Source: a virus. From it: a stretch of DNA of 64,000 nt. Both the position numbers and the translations under genes were made by a program. Below the pieces are notes generated by a model that saw only the letters and a program-made list of their open reading frames with translations, made no database searches and was not told the origin of the DNA. The number at the start of each line of letters is the position of its first letter. Positions within the stretch are counted from its first letter, which is position 1. The stretch lies in IMG/VR virus record IMGVR_UViG_3300045974_000198. The stretch is one strand, 5' to 3'. Positions 27,371 through 35,161 of this stretch are shown piece by piece.

Positions 27371-27690
27371 TGTAGACTCCATATACATATGTCTTTGTCC
27401 GCAAAGATATACCGCTAGCAGCTCAACTAGTTCAAAGTAGTCACGCAGCTCTTGAGCTTGGTCTTCAACTCCCTAAGCACAAGAGTCCCTCAAAGGTGTC
27501 TTCGTTAATTATGCTTAGCATCGCTAATGAAGAAAAGCTACTAATGATTAAAGATGAGCTCGATGAAAGAGGCATTCAAAGTTATATGTTCTTTGAGCCA
27601 GATTATAACATGGGATATACTGCTATTTGCACTGAACCCATTTATAACGACGATAGAAAATATTTCAAGAAGTTTCAACTCTGGAAATGA
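27370..27690 (+). CDS. Pth2-like peptidyl-tRNA hydrolase with in-frame TAG at codon 2
   Basis: ATG TAG then TPYTYVFVRKDIPLAAQLVQSSHAALE...FFEPD..GYTAIC, in frame with track ORF 27496-27690. Confidence 0.75.
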
Positions 27691-27863
27691 TGATGTAGAA
27701 GGCCTTTAGTATGCCTATTGAAATACTAGCCCAGACACCTACTGGTTAAAAGTGGGAACGACTCCGTGACCTGACAGTGTAACGGAAAGAAATCTAGGTT
27801 AACTGCTATCAAGGCGATACCTGCCAGCCTGGCTAAGTGGTATGACTGATGGAGAGACATCAC

Positions 27864-27882
27864 CAGCTACCACCCCCGCTTG
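27864..27882 (+). repeat. variant of the GCTACCCCCTGCGCTTG motif
   Basis: CAGCTACCACCCCCGCTTG followed by an A/T tract like the other copies. Confidence 0.55.
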
Positions 27883-27922
27883 GGTGGTCTACACAAAAAC
27901 TTTTTTTCAATTTACTAAATTT

Positions 27923-27999
27923 GCACCCATAACTCAGTTGGTAGCAGTAGGGAGCTTTTAACTCTCAAGTCGTTCGTTCAAGTCGAACTGGGTGCACCA
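27923..27999 (+). tRNA. trnK: tRNA-Lys(TTT)
   Basis: GGGAG-CTTTTAA-CTCTC; encoded CCA. Confidence 0.88.
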
Positions 28000-28024
28000 A
28001 AAAACTTTTAAGGAGTAACACAAA

Positions 28025-28384
28025 ATGGATAATGTAATTCGTGAATCAATTCAAACTGGTGACAGTCTCTCAGCAATCAAGAAAGCTTTTGAGCTTGGTA
28101 TGAAAGCAGCTTCATCACATCTTTCTCCGTCTGTGAGACCTATTATCGCTACAGCTATTCCTGCAGAGCTTGCTAAGTTTGCACCTTATAGCCTTGTAGG
28201 ACGTCGTGTTCTCAAGCAGACTGGCACTCCTGCTGTGCAGCTTGTGCAGCTTAAAGATGCTTATGAGAACATCTGTTTTGTTCCCAAGGCTTCCTATCGC
28301 ACTACTCAGTTTCCTGGTATGCAGGTTGTTGGTGAAGTGACTCGCCCTGGCACTGAGCAGATGACTGTTGTTGTAGAAGTCTAA
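28025..28384 (+). CDS. hypothetical protein
   Basis: AAGGAG RBS. Confidence 0.65.
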   Translation: MDNVIRESIQTGDSLSAIKKAFELGMKAASSHLSPSVRPIIATAIPAELAKFAPYSLVGRRVLKQTGTPAVQLVQLKDAYENICFVPKASYRTTQFPGMQVVGEVTRPGTEQMTVVVEV

Positions 28385-28386
28385 TA

Positions 28387-28737
28387 ATGCTATTGACACT
28401 TATAATAGGCCTTATTCTCATGACTGCAGCAGGATTTGCTTTAACCTTTAAGGTATATACTTTACGAGCTGACCTTAAAATGTCTGAGGATAGTCGCCGC
28501 GAATTAGGAGATGGGTTAAGTAGCTTGCATTCTGCGCTTAAAGATGTAAAGCCTGTTATGAGTGCTGAGCTTGACTTTGAGAGAATGAAAGCTTTCAGTG
28601 TTGAAAGAAATGCTGATGGCAGAACTGTCGTTGGGTATATTGCAGAAGGCAAAGTGAAAGAGTGGTTTTTACAAACTAATGATGAAATCCATTCAGATAT
28701 AATCGCTAAGTTTAAGTTGCACTTAGCAAAACAATAA
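28387..28737 (+). CDS. membrane-anchored coiled-coil protein
   Basis: N-terminal TM helix. Confidence 0.6.
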   Translation: MLLTLIIGLILMTAAGFALTFKVYTLRADLKMSEDSRRELGDGLSSLHSALKDVKPVMSAELDFERMKAFSVERNADGRTVVGYIAEGKVKEWFLQTNDEIHSDIIAKFKLHLAKQ

Positions 28738-28743
28738 TGTTGA

Positions 28744-28840
28744 GGAAGGTCTGACCCCATTGGCTGCGGGAACCACTCTTGAAAAGTGGGGAACATCTGA
28801 GCAAGGTGTTTTGAGGGTTCGAATCCGTCACCTTCCTCCA
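28744..28840 (+). tRNA. trnS: tRNA-Ser(TGA)
   Basis: CCACT-CTTGAAA-AGTGG, long variable arm, encoded CCA; T stem imperfect. Confidence 0.82.
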
Positions 28841-28861
28841 TTTATTAACAAGGATACATAG

Positions 28862-29350
28862 ATGATTCAACGTGATATTGATAGGCTGAATAAGCTTATA
28901 CGGCATATCAAGGGCGTACAGGACAGTGCTATTATCCTTGGTGAAAAGCTGATTGATAAAGGTCAGTTCAACTTAGGCAAGACTTTAATAGCTAACTGTA
29001 TGAAGCATGATAATAGTAAGTTCTATGGCACAGAGTGGGATTATCTGTCTGTAGATGGAACTGATATACATGATTTAAAGATAGCTGTTGGTCAGCACAA
29101 TCATACTAATAGACACCATCCTGAGTTCTATGATAAAGGTATACATGATATGCCTCTTGAAAATATAGCTGAGATGGTATGTGATTGGAAAACTAGGTCT
29201 GCTGAGAGAGGTACGTCTTTAAGAGATTGGATACTTGACGAGGCTACTAAGAGATATAGCTTCTCTATAGAAGATGATGCTTATGGAGCTATAATGAGCT
29301 TTGTTGACTTATTAGTTGAGCCACCTCTAAGGAATGTAAAGGAGCTCTGA
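28862..29350 (+). CDS. HD-like (DUF5662-type) protein
   Basis: KHDNSKF, HNHTNRHHPEF and EMVCDW motifs. Confidence 0.6.
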   Translation: MIQRDIDRLNKLIRHIKGVQDSAIILGEKLIDKGQFNLGKTLIANCMKHDNSKFYGTEWDYLSVDGTDIHDLKIAVGQHNHTNRHHPEFYDKGIHDMPLENIAEMVCDWKTRSAERGTSLRDWILDEATKRYSFSIEDDAYGAIMSFVDLLVEPPLRNVKEL

Positions 29351-29538
29351 TGTGTGTAGGCGATTACTTTGTTAATTGTGATAGCTGTGGCAAGGGCCTT
29401 TGCATAGAAGAAGGCTGGTCCCAAACAACTGAGGTTGGCAAGCAGATAATTGGTTTTAAATACCATGGAATCTACTGTAAGAAATGCTATCCTGCGGAAC
29501 TCATAAAGATACAAAAGAAAGATAAGTTTGCACGCTAA

Positions 29539-29629
29539 GGAAGGTTACTCAAGTCCGGCTTAAGAGAGCGCACCGCTAACGCGCCAGGGTGTAACAGCTG
29601 CAAAGGTTCAAATCCTTTACCTTCCACCA
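29539..29629 (+). tRNA. trnS: tRNA-Ser(GCT), C33
   Basis: GGAAGGT/ACCTTCC, loop CCGCTAA, long variable arm, encoded CCA. Confidence 0.78.
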
Positions 29630-29635
29630 AATAAT

Positions 29636-29711
29636 ATGCCCTTCGTTCAATGTAAAGGACACTGGGACCTTTAACCAGTGAATGTAGGTTCAAATCCTAC
29701 AGGGCATACCA
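29636..29711 (+). tRNA. atypical tRNA with 9-nt anticodon loop (GACCTTTAA)
   Basis: ATGCCCT/AGGGCAT acceptor, good T arm, ACTGG/CCAGT stem, encoded CCA. Confidence 0.6.
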
Positions 29712-29988
29712 AGGATAAATATGATATCAGTCATATGTTTTATATGCGCTGCTGTAATGGCATGTAACGGAGTAAGTGGCTGGGGCTGGTTCTTATTCGC
29801 GGGTATTTTTGCCATAGGATATTAATATGTTAAGTTGCTATCCAGAACCAAGTTGTGAGTTCTGCTCAAAACAAAAAGACTGTACCTTGCACGCGAACTC
29901 ACCACTGTCTTATTGCAGTGACTTCGATTGTCCAAGAGACAGTCAGTTGTATGAAGACTGGTGGAAGACCGCCAGTAGATAAGGTTGT

Positions 29989-30064
29989 GCCCCGGTAGCT
30001 CAGAGGCTAAGCGTCGGTCCTACAAACCGAAGTCAGACTGATTCGAATTCAGTACGGGGTACCA
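29989..30064 (+). tRNA. trnV: tRNA-Val(TAC), C33
   Basis: TCGGT-CCTACAA-ACCGA; encoded CCA. Confidence 0.78.
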
Positions 30065-30070
30065 AATCTA

Positions 30071-30226
30071 TTAAACTTCTTTGACTTCTTTGTGTTCAAC
30101 AAGGCCTTTAGCCATGCCAAAGATAGTCATAGCTGCAGGGATAAGTTGAAGAGTTACTATAAGTGCACAGAAGCCTAAGAATATCCAAGTGCTGATTTGT
30201 CCTGCTAAGAAAGAAAGTGTTAACAT
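30071..30226 (-). CDS. 51-aa membrane protein
   Basis: AAGGAG RBS on the minus strand; WIFLGFCALIVTLQLIPA hydrophobic helix. Confidence 0.7.
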   Translation of the reverse strand: MLTLSFLAGQISTWIFLGFCALIVTLQLIPAAMTIFGMAKGLVEHKEVKEV

Positions 30227-30265
30227 GGTGTATCTCCTTGCGGAAGTGTCCGCTATTATATCTGT

Positions 30266-30281
30266 AGCATATACCGTGCCA
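30266..30281 (-). promoter_or_regulatory. sigma54 (-24/-12) promoter
   Basis: TGGCACGGTATATGCT = GG-N10-GC about 40 nt upstream of the start. Confidence 0.65.
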
Positions 30282-30312
30282 AGATGTGAATGTAGCATAA
30301 TCAATAAGTTAG

Positions 30313-30341
30313 TTGCTTTAACTTTCTATTAAGTGTATAAT
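30313..30341 (+). promoter_or_regulatory. sigma70-type promoter
   Basis: TTGCTT-N17-TATAAT with extended -10 TG. Confidence 0.65.
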
Positions 30342-30372
30342 ATATACAGTAATAGTATAGGAATTTGATACA

Positions 30373-30885
30373 ATGAATGTGTATTTTAGTGCAGATTTTC
30401 ATTTAGGGCACAGTAATATTCTGAAATATTGTGGTAGACCCTTTAAGAATATAGAAGAGCATGATGAAACTATAATCAAGAACTTCCAAGAAGTGCTATT
30501 GCCTGAGGATCATCTCTGGTTGCTAGGAGATATCAGTTTCACTGGTAGAGATCTTCGTGAATATATGAAGAGACTTAAGTGTCATAAGTTTCTTATTAAA
30601 GGAAACCATGATCCTAAGCAGTTTGATAGAGATATCTTTGAGGGTGTCTATGATGTAAAGATGATACAAGTTGGTGAACAAAACATCTGGTTATCACACT
30701 ATGCTCATAGACAATGGCCTCAGAGTCACTATGGAGCCTGGCATCTTTATGGACATGACCATGGAACTTTAATAGATTACTATAGGTCTTGTGATATAGG
30801 TGTAGATAACTGGGAGTTTAAACCTGTGTCTATGGAACAGCTTGAGAAGAGGTTCGTAGGTAGAGAGAAGATGGCACATCACTGA
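30373..30885 (+). CDS. calcineurin-like metallophosphoesterase
   Basis: ADFHLGH, LGD, GNHD, LSHY and HLYGHDH motifs. Confidence 0.88.
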   Translation: MNVYFSADFHLGHSNILKYCGRPFKNIEEHDETIIKNFQEVLLPEDHLWLLGDISFTGRDLREYMKRLKCHKFLIKGNHDPKQFDRDIFEGVYDVKMIQVGEQNIWLSHYAHRQWPQSHYGAWHLYGHDHGTLIDYYRSCDIGVDNWEFKPVSMEQLEKRFVGREKMAHH

Positions 30886-31363
30886 GGATATATGAGAACA
30901 AGAACTGATATTTTGCATGACCTCCAACATGCAAAACGGGAAGCAAATGCTGAGCGCTATGCATTTGAAGATAGGTCTGATGACTATACGGTTATTAGAT
31001 ACTATGAGCGTGAACTTTTAACCCTCGACAAGTCTAAAGGAAACGATAGACTAAAAGGAGCCTGAAAATGGCAAAGACAAGAGACCAAATCGTAAGAAGT
31101 ATTGAACAGGCAAGACGTCACGCTAACGAACCATGTGGTTCATATGAAGATCGTCATGTTGAGAAAGACATCTTGAGAGAGTATGAGAGAGATCTCAGAA
31201 ATTATGATAGCGACTACGCTAGACGTAACCGCTAGGTCTGAAGAAGAGGTGAGGGCATTGATTGATTCGTTACCAACGTGTTGTGAGAGATGCCCTCACT
31301 ATCGGTTTAGTTTTGTAAGCGATGCTTATTGTATTGGCTGCAAACATGCTTACTAACAAATTT

Positions 31364-31442
31364 GGGGGCTGGGAATGCTAGGGGTGTTCGCCTCGCTTGC
31401 ACCGAGGATAACAGATCGGTTCGAATCCGATAGCTTCCACCA
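31364..31442 (+). tRNA. trnA: tRNA-Ala(TGC)
   Basis: CCTCG-CTTGCAC-CGAGG, G3:U70, encoded CCA. Confidence 0.87.
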
Positions 31443-31451
31443 AATTTATAT

Positions 31452-31530
31452 CTCCGTGTAGCTCAGTTTGGTTAGAGCGCTCGCTTTGGGAGCGAGAGGT
31501 TCGCAGGTTCGAATCCTGCTACGGAGACCA
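31452..31530 (+). tRNA. trnP: tRNA-Pro(TGG)
   Basis: CTCGC-TTTGGGA-GCGAG; encoded CCA. Confidence 0.92.
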
Positions 31531-31551
31531 AAACTTTTAAGAAGGAGTAGT

Positions 31552-31944
31552 ATGGATAACGAACGTGATGCTTTGGATAGGATGTCTTCTGATGAAGATA
31601 AGCAGTGTCAGCTTGAACTTCCTTGGGGTGATACAAAAATTATAGGTCAGTCTTATGACTTAACTGATCCTAACGATAAACAGTGGTACATTGAATGTGC
31701 TGCACTTGAGAATGAGAAGCTTGCTCACCGTGCTAGCATAGAAAACTCTAAGCTTGCTAGAGCTGTTACTGAAGCTCATCAGCTTGAGCTAGAGATTGAG
31801 ATGGAGAAAGTTACTGCTGCTAATGTAGCTGAAGTTGTCTTTAATACTGCCTGTAGATGTGGGACTGAGTTTAACTACAATGGTCCTGCTAACGTAGTGG
31901 TCGAGCTGTATGAGATCTTTAGAGCAGATCATAGTGGCTGCTAA
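31552..31944 (+). CDS. hypothetical protein
   Basis: AAGGAG RBS before ATG 31552. Confidence 0.6.
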   Translation: MDNERDALDRMSSDEDKQCQLELPWGDTKIIGQSYDLTDPNDKQWYIECAALENEKLAHRASIENSKLARAVTEAHQLELEIEMEKVTAANVAEVVFNTACRCGTEFNYNGPANVVVELYEIFRADHSGC

Positions 31945-32061
31945 TACATTATATACTCTTCCTTGTGAGTATGCTCATTGTATAAACCATAAGGCTGTAA
32001 GCTGCTCTGAGTGTAGGCTTAACATGAAGTCTTTGCGAGAGCGACTTACTAAATAAGATGT

Positions 32062-32139
32062 GTGAGGGAACGCAATGGTAGGTGAGCGGTTCGGCTGTGA
32101 CCCGGATGTTAGTTGGTTCGACCCCAACCCTGCACTCCA
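32062..32139 (+). tRNA. trnH: tRNA-His(GTG), imperfect acceptor stem
   Basis: TTCGG-CTGTGAC-CCGGA; encoded CCA. Confidence 0.7.
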
Positions 32140-32145
32140 AACTTA

Positions 32146-32221
32146 GGATCCATATCTCAGTGGCTAGAGACCCCAGCTCATAACTGGTTCTACGTTGGTT
32201 CGAGTCCAGCTGGATCCACCA
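32146..32221 (+). tRNA. tRNA-Met/Ile2(CAT)
   Basis: GGATCCA/TGGATCC, loop CTCATAA, encoded CCA. Confidence 0.85.
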
Positions 32222-32385
32222 AAAGGATAATACTATGAAAGAGATTACAAACTTCCGAATACGTTAGGTACACTAACTTACTCGGAGGATAAGATGAAGA
32301 CAGAAGATGTAGTGCTATGCCCTGAATGCAAGAGACGTGTGTCTAAGAAAGGGCTCTGCGACAGATGTAGAAAGGGGCTCAAGCC

Positions 32386-32997
32386 ATGAGACCACCTGAA
32401 TACTATGTGTATGATAAGGTTAAGAAGGATGTAAAGTTCTATGATACTCTAACCGTTCTGCTTAAGTTTATTAAGAGCGCTTGTTTCGATAGTAAATATA
32501 CTAATCGTAGAAGTGGTAGTCGCTCTAACTGGTGGTGGACAGAAGACTACTATAAGCCTTATGATTTCTTTGATAACTATGGACACTGTCCTGGTGATGA
32601 TAAGAGGTTCATGGTTAAAGATAAGTGGGATCGCATTGTTAACAAGAAGGACTTAAGGAAGTGGTATGAAAACTATATTAGTGGTCCCATTCCTGCCAGA
32701 CCTAAACGATATACCCGTTATGGAAAATTCGTTTTCAGACGTGGACCAGTCGAAGGAATACATAACTATGGAAACAATGCTGGACAGGCTTACAGCGGCA
32801 ACCACGGCTCTACAACAAGCGAAATTAGAAGCTACCTTGGAGCAGAAGTAGACATGCGTGAAGATGGTATTAAGTTTAAGCTTAACCGCACACGTAATCC
32901 TGGATACCTTGACTCTTGGGAGTGGGGTGATAGCAGAGGCTGGAATCATATTAAGAAGTCCTGGAAGAGGACACGGAAGGCAAAGCAATGGATGTAG
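32386..32997 (+). CDS. basic hypothetical phage protein
   Basis: 203-aa ORF ending KSWKRTRKAKQW. Confidence 0.6.
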   Translation: MRPPEYYVYDKVKKDVKFYDTLTVLLKFIKSACFDSKYTNRRSGSRSNWWWTEDYYKPYDFFDNYGHCPGDDKRFMVKDKWDRIVNKKDLRKWYENYISGPIPARPKRYTRYGKFVFRRGPVEGIHNYGNNAGQAYSGNHGSTTSEIRSYLGAEVDMREDGIKFKLNRTRNPGYLDSWEWGDSRGWNHIKKSWKRTRKAKQWM

Positions 32998-33112
32998 AAG
33001 ATGTAATAGATATAATAGACATGACTTCATTTATTTGTAATAGAGTAGCTTGGTGGGTTCATACTAACTATATCTACTACGCAATGATATTGTTTGAGAA
33101 GCTTAACGGCAT

Positions 33113-33187
33113 GGCAGTGTAGTCTAGAGGTCAGGCAGCAGACTCATATTCTGTAAGACGCAGGTTCGAATCCTGCCACTGCTACCA
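33113..33187 (+). tRNA. tRNA-Met/Ile2(CAT)
   Basis: GCAGA-CTCATAT-TCTGT; encoded CCA. Confidence 0.85.
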
Positions 33188-33198
33188 AGGAGGAAAAG

Positions 33199-33879
33199 AT
33201 GAATATCTCATGCTATATAGAACAACTTTGGTATAAGTTAAAGTATTTTTACTGGCGCACAGTTACTAGCAAGCCTGGTATGCCGGTAATGAAAAATGTA
33301 AATATGTTTTCTGATGGAACTAATGTCTACTCTGATAGAGATTGTCCTGTTAATGCTAAAGTAATCTTCATTGGAGATAGCATTACTTACTTGGCTAATT
33401 GGAGTAAAGCATTCCCTAATGCACAGGCTTGTAATTTTGGTGTTGGTGGAGACACTACAGCTAAAGTATTAGCTAGACTTGGACAGCTTGGAACTGCTAA
33501 TCCTGAGAAGATTTTCTTGCGGATTGGTATCAATAATCTGCAAGATAACTTAACACCTTGTGAGTATATAGCTTCTTATCGTGAGCTTGTGCGTAGACTT
33601 AAGGTTATGTTTCCTACTGCTAAGCTACATCTGCTATCCTTGCTGCCTATTGGTAAGGAGTTTGATAAGCTGCGCTTTGATATCAAGAGAAGAATACTTG
33701 CTTACAATCAGTTTATACAGGGTGAATCTTTTGCTTCTAATGCTGTGTTCATTGATGATTTCAGATTGCTTGTCGGATATGATGGTTGGTGCACAGATAA
33801 GTATCTTAACGATGGAATACATCCTTCAGTAGATGGATACATGATCATCTTTAATAATCTGGTAAAGTATATAAGATAG
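33199..33879 (+). CDS. SGNH/GDSL hydrolase
   Basis: FIGDSIT, NFGVGGDT, IGINN and DGIHP blocks. Confidence 0.9.
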   Translation: MNISCYIEQLWYKLKYFYWRTVTSKPGMPVMKNVNMFSDGTNVYSDRDCPVNAKVIFIGDSITYLANWSKAFPNAQACNFGVGGDTTAKVLARLGQLGTANPEKIFLRIGINNLQDNLTPCEYIASYRELVRRLKVMFPTAKLHLLSLLPIGKEFDKLRFDIKRRILAYNQFIQGESFASNAVFIDDFRLLVGYDGWCTDKYLNDGIHPSVDGYMIIFNNLVKYIR

Positions 33880-33880
33880 T

Positions 33881-33957
33881 GGTGTCTTAGCTCAGTTGGT
33901 AGTAGCGCGTGCCTGAAGAGCATGAGGTCCTTGGTTCGAGTCCAAGAGATACCACCA
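33881..33957 (+). tRNA. trnF: tRNA-Phe(GAA)
   Basis: CGTGC-CTGAAGA-GCATG; encoded CCA. Confidence 0.9.
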
Positions 33958-34092
33958 AATAATAGAGGTCATATGACTTGTCCTAAATGTAAATCAGAAA
34001 ATACTGGATGGGAAGGAGCGACACATAACGATGAAGTATATCTGTGTTATGATTGTGGTAAAGTCTTCACAGATAAATATAAAGAAAGGTAA

Positions 34093-34168
34093 GCGGGCGT
34101 AACTCAGTGGCTAGAGTGCCGTCCTTCCAAGTCGGAAGTCGAGAGTTCAAATCTCTTCGCCCGCTCCA
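34093..34168 (+). tRNA. trnG: tRNA-Gly(TCC)
   Basis: GCGGGCG/CGCCCGC, loop CTTCCAA, encoded CCA. Confidence 0.9.
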
Positions 34169-34186
34169 AAAATAAGGAGAGAATAT

Positions 34187-34471
34187 ATGGGACAAATAAT
34201 AGCTTCATTTGAAATCTTAATGACCCAGGCTCAGGATGCCGCAACAGACTATTTACGACGCGGCATTGATGAAATAGATTCAATATTTTACGAAGGTTAC
34301 GCTGAGAAACATCCTGAACTTTTAGCAGCATTTATTAATGCTTCCGCTATAGATATGGGCAATAGCACAATGGCAAAATGTTTAGAAGAGGCCCTTGATG
34401 GCGTAGCAGATAAAATTGATATGGTGGCGTGTAGCTTAAGTGATTTAAGCGATACCATATTTAAGAAGTAA
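34187..34471 (+). CDS. hypothetical protein
   Basis: AAGGAG RBS. Confidence 0.6.
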   Translation: MGQIIASFEILMTQAQDAATDYLRRGIDEIDSIFYEGYAEKHPELLAAFINASAIDMGNSTMAKCLEEALDGVADKIDMVACSLSDLSDTIFKK

Positions 34472-34503
34472 CAGATATCCTTTTAGATCGTTACCCACTG
34501 CCC

Positions 34504-34523
34504 GCTACCCCCTGCGCTTGCAG
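34504..34523 (+). repeat. GCTACCCCCTGCGCTTG motif, copy 3
   Basis: Identical core; 30 nt upstream of tRNA-Gly. Confidence 0.75.
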
Positions 34524-34552
34524 GTTTTATACTAAAAATAATTTATAATTTT

Positions 34553-34628
34553 GCGGATGTAATTCAATTGGTAGAATACCTCGTTGCCAACGAAATTGTT
34601 GACGGTTCGAGTCCGTTCGTCCGCTCCA
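34553..34628 (+). tRNA. trnG: tRNA-Gly(GCC)
   Basis: Loop TTGCCAA, weak anticodon stem, encoded CCA. Confidence 0.8.
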
Positions 34629-34751
34629 ATCTACTGTGTTATTCGTGTCAACCACGGCCAGTGCGCGTAGTGGTGTTAAGTTCGTAAGCGAGCGCTGAGT
34701 TAGCTCCTTAAGCGACCAGAACTTATCTGACGGTAATATGGTCTGCAGTGT

Positions 34752-34834
34752 AGGTCCGTAGCTTCAATCCGGAGTGGTCTGGATGTGGACTCCAAACCCA
34801 TCAGCAAGAGGTTCGACTCCTCACGGGCCTGCCA
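34752..34834 (+). tRNA. trnW: tRNA-Trp(CCA), enlarged D region
   Basis: AGGTCCG/CGGGCCT, loop CTCCAAA, encoded CCA. Confidence 0.75.
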
Positions 34835-34838
34835 AATA

Positions 34839-34871
34839 AAAAGCCTGAGTCTATTGTGGACTTGGGCTTTT
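34839..34871 (+). terminator. intrinsic terminator
   Basis: AAGCCTGAGTC/GACTTGGGCTT hairpin plus T run. Confidence 0.65.
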
Positions 34872-34881
34872 GTATACATGA

Positions 34882-34969
34882 GGGTACGTGCTCCAGTCTG
34901 GTCTACGAGGCGAGTCTGCAAAACTCGAGACGCAAGTCATCGTTGGTTCAAATCCAACCGTATCTTCCA
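34882..34969 (+). tRNA. trnC: tRNA-Cys(GCA) with long variable arm
   Basis: CGAGT-CTGCAAA-ACTCG, GAC-GCAA-GTC variable hairpin, U73, encoded CCA. Confidence 0.82.
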
Positions 34970-35161
34970 ACAAAGGATTGCTATCAATGAGAATAGTAAT
35001 ATGTGAAGGAGCTGAATACTGTGGTCAAGGATGTCATCATGATGGACCTCATGAATATAATAGAGACTGTTATGGAAAATGTAGTTATTTTGATGGCATG
35101 TTAGGATGCAATAGTGGATTCCTACTAGACAAAGAACAGTATAAGCGTTTAAAGGAAGCTA

